Source of the DNA: Camelus dromedarius
Lineage: Eukaryota
Direction of reading: 5' to 3'
NCBI RefSeq assembly: GCF_036321535.1
Contig: NC_087437.1
Location: forward strand, 92,134,001 to 92,198,000
DNA length: 64,000 nt
Numbering within the stretch: the stretch's first letter is position 1; every line of letters begins with the position of its first letter. The notes beneath the pieces were generated by a model. The model saw only the letters and a program-made list of their open reading frames with translations. It did no database searches and was not told the DNA's origin. Shown one piece after another: positions 49,341 through 63,237 of the stretch. The translations under genes and the position numbers were made by a program.

Positions 49341-51849
49341 TAATGGGGACCCAGATTCACTGAAAGTTTTCAAGAAAACTGTACACATTTCCTAAGATAA
49401 TTATCAATATTAATGAACTCTAATGTTATAATTAGCTCTTGAGTTTGTTTGGGGGATAGAACCTTTGTTGTGGTGAGAAATCATGGTTCTCCCTTAAATG
49501 CATGTAGGACATTTTAGATGTTAAAACACCCTTGTCTCACTAGAAACATAGTAAACTCAACTTATATTTAAATTGAACAGTTATATACAAATCAGGACCA
49601 GAGGACCATAAGCTTAATTGAGAACTAGGCTCCACAGTTATTCCAGAAGCAAACCATGTAAGATATTGTAAAAGGACAAAATAATCATAGGAAGCAACAG
49701 CACACCTTATTAGATATACTCACTCTGTTTTCTATTTTATTTTGTTACTAATGAAAATTCTAAGAAATTTTAATATAAACATCTATCAGTCATAAAACAG
49801 TAAGTGGTAATAGAAACATTATCCCTTGGAATGTCAAATGTCACATGATTATGATTGGAAAGAGGAATAATAATAAGGTTTTCTCTTGAGTGATATTAAC
49901 AGCAGGGAGTTTCTCAAATGGGATGCTGGAAAAAATCTCCAATAGGTCCTTAGTGCCCTCTATGCACAGGGTTTTGTCAGGTCACCAGAATGAAGAGAAA
50001 CTAACCAATTCTAATATCTAGAAACAAAGAAACAGAAGACCTAAAGTCCTTTACCAGGTCCACTAAGTGAGGCCATTTTAACTGATACCTTTTGATCATC
50101 CATGAGACTTCCATCCCAGGAAAAGATAGGAAAAAGAATAACAGGAGATATTTAGCATCTATACACATTCAGACATGTGCACATACCTGTGCAAATAAAT
50201 ACTGCATATCTATTAGTAAGATTGTTCTTAAATAGCACTTAATTTGATTGCGCTTACGCATATGAAGGAGGAAAACTGAAATCAGAGCTGGTGCTAAGAT
50301 TTATACTTTTATAGTCATGACTTATCCAAATAGGCTCAAGTTTATCAGAAAAAAATGCATTTTGACTTTTATTAACACAGTTTCTTTTGTTTTAAACATG
50401 TGACTTGAAAATTTCTTACATTGCTACCATCAAAAGTCAAAAATAAAAATAATTAATTTTCCTCTTTATTAAAGACAAACTAGATTTGAGGATATATTTA
50501 GCTGGGAAGTTAATGATTGATAAAATCAGTGATGATGATAATTTGTGAAAATAAAAACAGTTTAGGAGAATGGTATCTGAGCCTTTGATTCCCTAATTGA
50601 TTTTAGATAAAGATCCATTTGCTCTCACTGGATTTTAAATTCATTTTGTGTGGAAGATGAGTGACATGTTTGAAGATCCAGCCTGAAGTATCTACTGAGT
50701 CAATTCAGTGTTTAAAGCATCTTATTCACTTAAAGATGGTTTGCTTATGAAGTTTTTGCCAAAAGAGCACTTGAAAACATAGTTTCCACAAAGTGATTTC
50801 TTCTTTTGCTTTCAATTTTACTAAATAATTATGTTACAAAAGGTGGTATTTTGGACCTGACAGTTTCAAGTAAATATACTTATTCAGTACCTTATTTGAT
50901 TCAATTGTTTCTAGTCAAAGAATATCATAAATAATAAACTGAAATGAACATGATATTTATATGGACTCAGATTAGCTTCCTTTGTGTGCCTAATCCCAGC
51001 AAGTGAGGTAGCATCTCCTATGCAACTTCAATCTGGTATACCCATGTTCTATTTCCATATATTTTGAAGTCCTCTTGTGTTTAGTCTTTTCCCACCCTAC
51101 ACAACTCTTCCTTAAAAATGTTTTGGCATTATATGTTTATGTCTAAGTGCAGTTTGAATATAAGACCTCCATCAGCTTTAAGTCAAAAAGGTTGAGGGCC
51201 TGAAAATTGATCATCTAATTCTCTATCAGCTTCCAAAGAATGTTTCTCTCACATCCCTCCTTCACCAAACCAATATTGTTATTCCTTCTTTGTTTGCAAA
51301 GTAACATAAATATTCGTTATATTATATTTTTACAATGGTTTGTTTACTTTAGTTTATTTATTGCTTATTTCAAACTTGTTTTCATTTTTCAATAGATCTT
51401 TAGTTTTCTTGGTGAAAACTGGATATTTTGCGTCAGATCATAATTTCTTCCCTTAAAATTTATGGAAATATTTTACTCATTCAATGGCTTTTTAATTTGT
51501 AGCAGACATTTCAGATACAAATTAAAAATGAGAGATAGTCATCATTTACAGCACAAAATACAGAAACTCAAACTAGAAATTAATCTAAGTTGCCAAGAAA
51601 AAGGTGTGTTCATGCTAAGCAGGCTTGGGAGGAAACAATGCTATATTCTCGGGGGCAAAAATCCAGAAAAATTAACCCAAGTACAACTTTGATATTTATA
51701 GGAATATCCAGTTCCATTCAGTATTCAATAAAAGAATAAATGAAAAGTCAGCTTCCCTAGAACAATGAACTACTGAAGCCTTCAGTTTATAAAATTCAAA
51801 ATCCATTGATAGATACACAATGCCCCAGGTCATGCTGAAAATTATAGCA

Positions 51850-52300
51850 CTATTTGCTATATCCTGCTCCAACCACAAGCCTCCTGATTATTTCTTAAAC
51901 ATGTTAGTTGGGAGGTATACTCCTGCTTTGACATCTTTGTTTAGACGTTCCCTCATCTACCAAATAGCCATTTGATTTGCTTTATTATCCCCTCAGGTCT
52001 TGCTCAGATACTAACTTCTAAATTAAGGCTTATGAAGACCATCAATTAATACTTCAACTTGCTCCTCTCTCACCCTGTCTAGAATTTCTCAAACTTTTTC
52101 CTGTTCTACATTTTATTTTTCAATAGAATGCATCACTAGCTAACATATTATATAGTTTAAAGTTAAATTATACTATGGCTTATTGTTTAATGCCTGTCTT
52201 CCCCATTGGAATGTAATCTTACTGAGAGTAGAAAGCCTTGCCTTTTTATTAACTCACATAGTTCAAGCAGTCAGTGAATATTTGTTGAGCAGATGCACAA
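51850..52300 (+). mobile_element. L2 3' region
   Basis: CAGGTCTTGCTCAGAT, TGTCTTCCCCATTGGAATGTAA, and terminal CAGTGAATATTTGTTGAG. Confidence 0.7.
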
Positions 52301-52659
52301 AAAGACTATTCAGATTATCAGGCAATCAGATTTTGTTTACCTATATTTATAATCAAATTCATATCTATTGTTTAGGATCTGACAAATAAGAGACTAAAAT
52401 AAACACTGAGATTAAAAATAAAGCTTAATATAGAACCCAGAATAGTAGTAGACAAAAATATATTTGTTTAATTTGAACCAAAAAATAAATTTGAATTTCC
52501 AAATTAACATATTTAATTGAATAAATATTTTTATCTATACCCTCATGATACTCAAATTAAGAGAAAAAATATCCAACTTCCCCCATGCCAAATAAGTGTG
52601 AGAGGATGCAAGGATAGATAAGTAATATTTGGGGGGATGATAATGCTATAAAGAAATCA

Positions 52660-52782
52660 ATGAATATATATATATGTATGTTCATGTATAACTGAAAAAT
52701 TGTGCTCTACACTGGAATTTGACACAATATTTTAAAATGATTATAAATCAAAAAATGTTAAAAAAAAAAAAAAAAAAAAAAG
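52660..52782 (+). mobile_element. Very short young camelid-type L1 3' end with intact poly(A)
   Basis: GTATGTTCATGTATAACTGAAAAATTGTGCTCTACACTGGAATTTGACACA, a ~22-nt A tail, and perfect TSD AAAGAAATCA (52650-52659; 52783-52792). Confidence 0.85.
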
Positions 52783-52799
52783 AAAGAAATCAGCAGGGG

Positions 52800-55335
52800 A
52801 AAGAAATCTGAACACCAAACCAGAACAAATGAATTCTAATAAGGGGCAACTTTAGTCTCTTTATAGAAGCTCCCTAATCCCCAGGCTTTTTATGTGCCTG
52901 ATAACTAGAAAGGATAGAATGGAAATATGACTGAAACAGAGGATGTTAGAAAGGCTGTGTAAGGGAGTTAAATCCCATGATGTCTTCTAAATATGGAGCT
53001 AATTGAGTGCTTACTCTTTTTGCCAGATTTACTCTATGAAGAAACTCTACTAGAAAGGTTCAGACTCAGGAACCTCCATCACAGAGGAGCCCAGGGAAAA
53101 GACAGGCACTGACAGAGCAGGACTAAATGAAAATCTTTATATTGAAAAATTAAAATCTCTAACTTCTCTTGGACTGTCCAGTTATAGAACAGTGGTAGTC
53201 AGGTGTAAGCATTCACTCTCTTCCATTACCTCACTCCAGTCAGAAACAGAATGGCCCTAGAGGAAAAAAACAAAAACAAAAATAAAACAAACAAACAAAA
53301 AAACCTAAGGCATACTAACATTTGGGGAGCCCTTCATGGAAATACTAACAAATGGCATGTTCCCAGTCCATGCTCACATTCTCAGAAAGCAAATAATCAA
53401 CTGTGCTATGTACTGCCTCAGAATTTCATATGAATGGACATTCAGAAATCATTGCAGATTTGAGGAAAGATTATGAGAGTTAAGAAACAAATTAGAAAGG
53501 AAGAAAAATCCTCAGATAAAAAGGTAGAGATAATCCCTGAGGATATAATATATTCAAATAGGGAGATAGTTTATCCATGAAACAACAATTAGCTATATAA
53601 AAAGAGGACAGGAAATAATATTTTTGAAATGAAAATGAGTCAAAAATAAAAACCTTATGTTTTATATAACAAAGAATATTAATTGTAAGTAACAGTGCAG
53701 AAATTTTAACACCAACAGCAACAAAAACGGCAGAAGAGGTATGCCAAATTGGAAAGAAAAACAAAAAAACTGTAGTCTAGTTTAATATACAACTAATACA
53801 AACCCCAGAAGGAGAGAACAGAGACAATGGGGGAAAGAGAACCACTGAAAGCTAATATAAGTAAGTATCGTAGACTGGAGGGAAAGGATTTCTAGATCGA
53901 GGATATCTGGAACATACGATGAACAAATCACTCACATTGAGTATTTTGCTGTAAATCAAATTAGGAAGGTCTAGATTTTATGTCAGTCTGTGTACAGATC
54001 TCCAGATGTGAGATCAAAACGTTTATTACTCATGGTAATTACAACAGAATAGTATCGTAACAGCAGTTCCCCACACCCCGATTTCCCAAAGAGTTAGGAC
54101 AGGGGCCACTTTAACCTGCATGGGTTGTAGGGTTTGTACCACAAGGAGGAACTTCCAAATTCTTGTAGCTATATAGAGAGGATGATATATCTGCCCTTCT
54201 CACTTCTCGGGGAAGGGACTTCTGCTCAGGAAGAGGAGAAAATCTCTACGTTTTCCTCATTTCTTTGTAATCTGAAGAAATGGGTTCAGGAAAGAGAAGA
54301 CATTAAATCCCCCTGCTTCCCAGAGAAAAAGACAATCTCTAATGTCCAATGCACATTTGCCCTTCAAGCCTAATTTTTACCTAAGTTGTCAGTAATCTTT
54401 GCTCAGTAAGCCATGATAATATAGAAATGTGAAAATATTTATAGAGCATTATCTCTCAAAACATATTTTTCAAACCTCTGAAGAGTGAAGATGCCAGAAA
54501 AGAGGGGTAAAAAAGACAAACGCAGATGAAAACTTGTATTAACATGGCATTTGATTTCCCAATAAAACCACCAGAAGGAATAAGACAAAGGCACAGTACC
54601 TTTAAAATTCTAAAGGTAATTTTCAACTGGGATTCATAAAAACCTCAACTAAAAATAATGGTTAAGTAAGAATGTTTTTGAGCTTAAATGTTTCAGAAAT
54701 GTTCCATTTATACAAATCACTATCAATACTTTCCTGGAAGCCACATTCTAGCAAAATGAAGGAAAAAAACTGATTCAAAGAAGAATATAAATAAGAAGAG
54801 TCAGTTGTGTTGCTGGCTAGAGAACTAGGTAGGATACCAGTAGGGGCACAAGAATGGAGGGGCCAAGAGGACCAAATCCAGAAAAGACAATTAATTGGAA
54901 CTGATATATCACCTGACATGCTTCATCATATAGTTAATTGTATTCCAATAGAAAGTTTAGAAGTATTATAAATAGCAATATAAAATTAGGAAAAAATGAA
55001 AACGAAGTAATTAAGGAAAAAACTGTACAGAATAAAAATGTTGTCATAGTACACCACCTGGGACAACACTGAAAAAAAGTTTATACAGCCCCAAATAAGT
55101 AAAAGGAGAATATTGACAAAACTGAATAGTATGACATGCCTATACTGGTAAGGTGATGTCAGAAAATAATATTGAAACAATTTACAATCATGAAGCCAAG
55201 AATCACAAGAAATAACTAAAACAGTTGACAATCTTTCCCTCTAGGGAGTGGAAATAAAGAGGAGGATGGATAAAATGGATGAGTGCTCATAAATACTATT
55301 TGAATTTTTAAATCACTGTATATTTTCCTTGGTAA
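52800..55335 (+). mobile_element. Degenerate L1ME/HAL1-like element (ORF1-like region and 3' end)
   Basis: A-rich ORF1-like motifs (CCAGAAGGAGAGAACAGAGACAATGG, CTTTAAAATTCTAAAGG) with no ORF2 motifs before the 3'-end-like ACTATTTGAATTTTTAAA. Confidence 0.5.
53950..54462 (-). mobile_element. Old ERVL-type solo LTR (LTR40/41/50 group-like)
   Basis: Antisense AATAAA (TTTATT ~54022). The right end reverse-complements to TGAGAGATAATGCTCTATAAATATTTTCACATTTCT...CTGAGCAAAGATTACTGACAAC. Confidence 0.55.
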
Positions 55336-57319
55336 AATAATGACAAAGTAATTGTTAATGCAGAACAAAAGAGGAAATTTGTGTAAAAATTATAGGACTG
55401 TAATAAAGTTCAAGATTTACTCTAATCATTTTTTTAAAAATATTATTTACTTAGAAGCAGTTATTGTACTTGTACTTTTTTCTTTTTTACTGGAATCAAG
55501 ATTCTTTCCTCTTTTTTTCCCCCAATATTAGAAATGTCCATTTAAACTGACTGCAGTGACATAGCTAACCAACTGAAGATGCTTTGGTTAGAATTATATT
55601 GCCATTTCCTTATTCACATGGATGCCACAAGTATGATGTCTATGATATTTAGTTGATGATGATAACGATCATATAGCAAAGTGTTCATAGTTTTGTCCAA
55701 GTTATCTAAGAAAATAAATGTAGAAATTATTTATATTCCTATAATTGACCACTTCCTTTTTGTTAGCAATATCATTAATTCTCCAGTATACTTATCAGTC
55801 ATGCTGTTTATCACAATGTAAAAAAGTTCAACTGGTAACTCTTTGAAAACTCTGGTGACCAGAGATATTTTCAATGTGCTGGAAAAATTAAATTAATTTT
55901 GGGGCACAGTACATATCTAATGTTTTTTAATTTGAGAATTTTCTTCCTCCATATGTCTCAACACAGTATCTCATTCTCTTCTGAACCTCAGTAATGGTAA
56001 TTCCACCATGCAAACTCTTCTTTTAGACTATTTTCTTTAAGGAACTTCCTCCAATTAAGCATTATGGAAAGATTAAACACATTTTTTTTTTTAACAAATA
56101 CAAGCATGAAACAAATCAACTCCTTGTGAAATCTATAACACATTTTAATTGGATACAAAACAATGAAGCATAAATATGCTTCAAGATCATGAAGATGAGC
56201 TGTTTTTGCCTCTAGGGAAGCACGAATATAGATTGATATATAAAATGCAATGTTGTGGACTCATTTCAGAGAATAAAAATGCATCTTATTTTGATTGTTT
56301 TTCGGTGGATTTGGCAAGATTAAATTAACAAAGTTTAGAGAATGTATTTGGATCATTCAGATCAAAAATAGTTGCAGTATAGTGCAGTGAACATTGTAAT
56401 TGAGATATTTAATGTGTTTTGAAACTTCTCTCATAGTCATCTGCTGTCTGCACTAAGACAAGTAATTAACTTTTAGGGTGGTGTTAACATCAGCTACTTA
56501 AATAATGTAGCACTAATTATTTATTGTGAATACCAAAAGACAGAGTAGGAAATACGATAAAGCTGATTTTTTTTTTAATCAAGTGATTTACCGGATTCAG
56601 TTTCTAGGGACCAGGTAGAGGGAGAAACCACTCAAAAAGACTCCTTTAGTTGGAATTCAACTAAAGGGTCAGCATATTGTTTACTGTTCTGGCTTAAACG
56701 TAAGTGCACCAAACTTCTGAAACAGAATTTTGTATAAATGTATCCATATTTCTATTTTTGCATGTATGAAGTGGAATTGTAAAGGTTGTTATAGATTTTT
56801 CAGTTTCTTCTACTTACCGTCTTTTCTGAGATTAAGAAATATATTCCTAAGTTCTTTTTATTCATGAAAATTACACCAGTGATTTTATGTAGTATTTGTT
56901 AGAAATACAATTGGCAAAGGAAGAGAAGTAAATAAGGAAGGATATTTTGGAGATTAATAGTTCAACTCATTTTAATGTATTAGAGAGTTTCTAGTATTTG
57001 AATCCCCAAGAAATAGCAATATAAACATTATTTGAACAAACATAGATTTCAGTCACAAAATATCTGAGAATTGTGTTTACATTTTTCACTTCTCAAGGTG
57101 AACAAAGACCTCATTTAGACAAGTCAAACATAAATTTCTGCCTTAAATCTATTCTAAGTCTCAGAAGCCTATTAGAATATAGGTGATCAGTCATCAAGTC
57201 TTTTCTAAACATTTTTATGAACTTTTCTGTCATTTTTAGCAGAATAGCCCTTTTTGACACGTAGTAGGTACTCAAATATATAGCTCACTAAAGAATGAAT
57301 TAAATTAATGCACAGTTTT

Positions 57320-57530
57320 GAAAAGTATGCCAGATGGGAGCCAGAGGCCTGAGTTCTAGACTGACCTCTTACCCTCACCTGAGTTTATGCAAATTGCATA
57401 ATTTTCTTAGGGTCAGATTTTTCATATCTATAATGGGAGAAATAATACCAGGTCTTCTTGCTTCACAGAAAGTTTAAAATGACTAATTAATATGTTTACA
57501 GTATGTTTACATTATCTAAAGTGCTAAAAG
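57320..57530 (+). mobile_element. MIR SINE preceded by an L2 3' end (~57255-57300)
   Basis: GGGAGCCAGAGGCCTGAGTTCTAG and TATAATGGGAGAAATAATACC. Upstream GTAGTAGGTACTCAAATA...GAATGAAT. Confidence 0.65.
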
Positions 57531-57564
57531 CAAAAAAAAAATTAATATTATGAAAAATATAATG

Positions 57565-59110
57565 AAGAATTAATATTATTAAAATGGCTATATTACTCAA
57601 AATAATATACAGATTCAATGCAATCCATATCAAAATTCCAATGGCATTTTCACAGAAATAAAACAAACAATCCTAAAATTATTTTATGGAACCATGAAAG
57701 ACCCAGACTAGGCCAAAGCATTTTTGAGAAAGATCAAAGTTGAAAGCACTGTGCTTCTAAATTTCAAACTATATTACAAAGCTATAGTAACTATATTACA
57801 AAGCATAGTATTGACATAAAAACAGAAACATAGATTAATGGAACATAATAGAGAATCCAGAAATAAACCCGTATATATATGGTCATTCCTTTATGACAAA
57901 GGGGCCAAGAGTATACAATGTTGAAATGATTGGCTCTTCAATAAATAGTGTTGGAGAAACTGGGTGTCCACATGCAAAAGAATGAAACCACTATCTTACA
58001 CTATACACAAAAATTTTTAACTCAAAATGGATTAAAGGCTTGAATGTAAGATCTGAGATCATGAAACCCCTAAAAGAAAACCTAGGCAGTATGCTCCTTG
58101 ACATAGATGTTGGCAATAATATTTTGGATCTGACACCAAAAGCAAAAGCAACATCTTGTAGTGGGATTACATCAAACTAAAAAGCTTCTGTACAGTAGAG
58201 AAAATCATCAACAAATTGGAAAAGCAACCCATTGAATAGGGTAAAATGTTTGCAAATTATATGTCTGATAAGGGGCTAATATCCAAACTACAGGAAGAAT
58301 TCATACAAGTCGATAGCAAAAATTTCCAATTAAAAAATTGAGCAGAAGACCTGAATAGACACTTTTCCAAAGAAGACATACAGATGGCCACCAGGTACAT
58401 GAAAAGAGCCTACATCACTAATCATCAGGAAAATGCAAATCAAAACCACAATGAGATATAACCTCCTTCTCATCAGAATATCTATCACCAAAAATACAAG
58501 AGATAGCAAGTATTGGAAAGGATGTGGAGAAAAGGGAAGACTTGTGCACAGTTCCTGGGAATGTAAATTGATACAGCCATTATGAAAAACAGTATAGAGA
58601 TTCCTCAAAAAACTAAAAATAGAACTACCACATGATCGAGCAATTCCACTAATGGGTATGTAGCCAAAGAAAATGAAAACATTAACTCAAAAAAGTATAT
58701 TTACATAAATATATACATCTCATGTTCATTGCAGCATTATTTACCTAGCCAAGATATGGAAAAAAAATCTAAGTGTCCACTGATAGACAAATGGATAAAT
58801 AAAATCTGGTACATATGTATACACATATTATTAAGTCATAAAAAAGAATTAAATCTTGCTTTTAAGACTAATATAGATAGAATTTGAGTGCATTATGCTA
58901 AGTGACACAAGTGAGACAGAGAAAGACAAATACCATATGGTCTCTCTTATATGTGGAATAGAATAAATAAATAAATAAACAAATATCTCATAGATACAGA
59001 GAACAGATTGGTGGTTTCCAGAGGTGGGGGGTTGGCAGGTGGAGAAATGAGTAAATTGTTGTTATGCTTTTTTTTTTCTTTCAGTTTAAACAAATTAAAT
59101 TTAAAAATAA
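57565..59110 (+). mobile_element. 5'-truncated L1MA-like element (ORF2 C-terminal region and 3' UTR)
   Basis: TACAGATTCAATGCAATCC, ACTAAAAAGCTTCTGTACAG, ATGCAAATCAAAACCACAATGAGATA and GAGAACAGATTGGTGGTT. Confidence 0.92.
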
Positions 59111-59149
59111 CCTTTTATTGCCAAAATCAGTGACAACTTTTCAGATTTT

Positions 59150-59455
59150 GTTTTGCTTTTTTCCCCAGTTTTATTGAGATGTAATTGACATACATCACTA
59201 TATTGTGAAAAGATTACTGCAGTAAGTTTAGGTAGCATTCATCATCTCATGTAGATACAATAAAAAAAAAAAAAGGAAAATTTTTCTTTGTCATGAGAAC
59301 TCAGGATTTTCTCTCTTAACAATTTTAATACGTATCATACATCAGTGTTAACTTTAGTCATCATGTTGTACATTATATCCTTCCTACTTACGTATCTTGT
59401 ACCTGGAGGTTTGCACCTGTTGACTGTCTTCCTCCAATTCTCCCTCACCCACCTC
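59150..59455 (-). mobile_element. 5'-truncated L1 (L1MA9-like) 3' end
   Basis: CCCAGTTTTATTGAGATGTAATTGACATA, ATGAGAACTCAGGAT and TAGTCATCATGTTGTACATTA. Possible TSD CAGATTTTGTTTT/CAGATACTGTTTT. Confidence 0.85.
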
Positions 59456-60689
59456 CAGATACTGTTTTTATTAAATTCCTAGGAATATTTGATGATGTTA
59501 ACTGCAAAAAAGAACATCCATAATGAATATATAATGTAATTAAAAAAAAAAACAGTTTGCCCAATGATACCTGTTACATGAGAAGATATAAGCTGCAACT
59601 TGACACAATTCAAGGCTAAAGGTACAACTTTACTAGGTGATAGAATCTATAAAACATGGTTTAAAGAAAACGTAGACTACGATTTTTTTTAATTTTCTAT
59701 ACCTTCTCTGCTATCATCTCAAATATAAGCAGCCCAAGGTTGTGTGGAACTGAATTGAATATGGTATATATTTTTCTGACTCTTCGTTAGTCATTGGGGG
59801 AATGAATGTCACACTAAAATTTTAGTTCAATACGTAGGAGAAGTAACTGCTGTCAGTGTGTGAGCATCACAGATCTGCAGTGGAGAGGAAAGGTGCTGCT
59901 GTAAAACCCTCCGGAGCCCAGAAGAGATGAGTCTATAGAAAAGATGTACAGTCACATATTCCCATATTCTCTGGGCTATTTTCCAACTAAACTTGTGGAA
60001 CGAGGCAGCTGTGCCCTTTAATCTGTTCCCTATTGCCTCTTTATATGGTTAGTTCCAAATGAGATATTTTGCCTGGTGCTTGGATTGTCACTTTATGAAT
60101 TCATGTCTAGTTTTGTGGAAGCACAATGTGTTGTTTTAATATTTATTGATCTCTCACAATATGTTAGGAGTGATACAGAAAATACAACATGGTCCTCAAT
60201 TTCTAGGAATTTATATTTTAAAGAACTACACATATCCACTACAAATACAAATATATATTACACACACAAACACCCTCTACTCTTTTTGTCAGTGACTATT
60301 TGTAAAGGCTATTTGTCTGATATGACAAATCAGCATAAGTACTTTGGGAGAAATAAGTGATCAATAGTTTTAGTGAAAACAATCTCTTCAGTCAAGGCAG
60401 TGAGACTTTCTGATGGCTTGCTGCCAGAATTTTTTTGATGGAATTGTCATTGGACAACATTCATTTGGTAAACATTTTACCAAAAAGAAATTAACTATGT
60501 TTCTTTCAATGTCTTCGGATGCTAGACAATCTTCTTCTCAAGGAATTTATTCCCAAATGTACTGAATTTACAAAGGGAAGCAGGAACTGTTTCCTAATTG
60601 ATGTCATTAACAGATTGAAATGTAAGTGATGGAAAATTAAATTACAATGGGAAAAAAAGGCAAATGTCCGTGTCTCAGCATCATGGCTA

Positions 60690-60870
60690 GTAATCTAAGA
60701 CACTAATTAATGTATACTTTACTCTCGGAGGTACTTAGGACTATCACCTTTTTATAGAAAAGATAAACTGAAGTTTTTCAAAATTAAGTAAATTCTCAAA
60801 ATTCTCAGTTCAAACAAATTGCAGAGTCAGAAATCAAAACCCAAATCTTGCTGATTCCAAATTCTTCATG
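60690..60870 (-). mobile_element. MIR SINE
   Basis: TTTTATAGAAAAGATAAACTGAAG and GCAGAGTCAGAAATCAAAACCCAAATCTTGCTGATTCCAAA. Confidence 0.6.
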
Positions 60871-61859
60871 AGTACTTTCCTGACAGAACATAGAGAAAAG
60901 ATCTGAAGACACTGTGGATTAAAAACTAGATCTGAATGATTAATATACTGCTGTAGTTTAACAAGTAACAGAGCAGTTGGAAAAAAAGTGGTCATTCAAT
61001 TGTCTTCAGAAATTTCCTGAAATCCCCACACAGAAACAGAGCAATTAGGATGGCAATAATGAAATATATTTCAATAAAACTAGGGATATAATATGCCCAA
61101 GTATCTTAGAGTTCAAGTGGGTCTTCCAAATCCCTTACCACAAGATCTGTAAGATCCACAGTGGTGCAGAGGATAATGAAGGGAAGATACGGGAGAGCCC
61201 TGAATTCTAGCAGCGGGGAAAATGACATCAAATGGAGGACATTGGTTTAAGGGCACACTCCAGCCACACAAGAAGCTATCTCTTGGCTGGTGCCATCAAC
61301 CAAGTATTTCATTCGTCTGTCAAGACAACTCTTTCTGACTGATGGAGCATGTGGTAGAACCAGTGAATTTTAAAGAATTCCATAAAAATTTCATTTCTAT
61401 TTCAGGCTGTACTTTTTAGTGAGGGAGAGGGTTGTGTGTTTCATCGCCATTAGAAGACTCCCACATACCTGAGCCTAGCCTGTGACAGTTATTCTATCTT
61501 ATCATTGTCCCTAGTCTTTAGAGAAGAGTGTGTTTTTTGTTTGTTTGTTTTTTTGGTTTAAGTTAAAATACATAAGCAGTAATGATGCAAGGAAGCTAAT
61601 ACCTAACACACGGTAAAATCTTACTAATTTATATGTGGACATGGTATATGTGAATAAAATGGAAAAATGGTAGTGTTTTAGAATTGATTAATGGTCTTTT
61701 GGGGACTTGGATTAACAGACTAAAATAATCTGCACAGCTGCCCTATCTTTCTGTAAAATGGGTTATTTGATCAGAGGCTATGAATGAGGCAGTTCTGTAC
61801 ATCTATGGATGATAATGCTGAAAAAAATGTAAGAATTTCAGGAAAAAAATATCTGGAAC

Positions 61860-63235
61860 AAACTTCTAATCCCATATAGAAAAAAAAACTCTACCCTTAC
61901 CAAAATAATGATTTCCAAAGAAACCCATTTTGCACAGTAACTAGAAATCAAAAGTAAATTGAAATCAATTAGTGTACCTTTTAAAACAAACTGATGCCAT
62001 AGCAATCCATAAAAATTATTTCAAATGATTATATATTCTTTTTGGGATTTACACCAAAACAATAGCTAAAACAATCTTAAATTGCCTCATGTTCTTAATT
62101 TTAATAAGGGCAATGGTATTTTGAAATATTATTAAATATAATTATATTTGTTAAAGCAAATAAGGAATAATGTAAATCATTAGGAGAAAAGATTTTGTGG
62201 GCACACAAAATAAATACAAACATAAAATAGAAAAAATTAATTAAACTTAAAGGAATTAGAAAAAATATGAACACCTATTTTTTCCTATTTTTCTAAATAA
62301 TAATAATTTTTCACTCTGTCTTCTTAAAAATTCTAGAATCATGACAAATCAATAACAATGAGCAATTGGCACACTTAGGAGCATTTAGATTGTGATCTCT
62401 AAATATGATTTTTTTCCTAAAGAACAAGAGCTCTTTGGAAGTGGGTAATTCTAGATCTGAGTTAGGAAATATACAAGATCAGCCTGGAGCATTTTATTTC
62501 ACAGGAAAGCATGGAAAATATCTATGTCCCTAAAGGAACATAGAAGCCAAGTTGAAAGGGCAGTCACTGGCCAAGTCTGAGGCAAGTGGAGCATCAAACA
62601 AAATAATGACTGCAACTCATTGAAACACATGCAATTAGTTACTCTGAAAATGATAAATGCATGAACATAATCAAGCACTGATACTGCACTTCCTGTGCAA
62701 CTCAGTTTCAGGGTAACTATAGCTCATGAGCGAGAGTTCTTAAATGAAGGACTCTAGGTAATAATTGCAGAAGCAGTGATAGAATTAGAAAATCATCATT
62801 TGCAATCCCTAAAAAATTATTAATCTCGATAAAACACATCAATAGTTAGTAAAACTAGCTGGAGAAAAAGGGATAGAGGACAGTGGATGAAACAGGATAA
62901 CATCAGAAATTACTGATCAAACTTAACATGACTAAATGGTCAGAAAATCAGACATTATGTGCCATCTGATTTGCTGAAACACAACATATATAGATCTGTT
63001 AATGTAAAGTAGTTTGCTTCCAAATTATTAATAAAATATTAATCAGGCCTCTATATAGAACAACTGGTTTATAAGAAACATAGAAGATAGAAGTATATGT
63101 CAGAAAATGCCACAAAGTTGAAATCAGCCAAATTCTACACAATAAATCATCTAACTTCTTCAACCAATAAACAGAATAAAAGTAAGAGGAGGGAAATCTG
63201 TTACAGAATAAAAGAGACAAGAAATATCCCAGACC
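61860..63235 (+). mobile_element. L1MC-like 3' UTR remnant
   Basis: GGAAATATACAAGATCAGCCTGGAGCAT, CAGTCACTGGCCAAGTCTG and TTAATCAGGCCTCTA. Confidence 0.7.
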
Positions 63236-63237
63236 CA

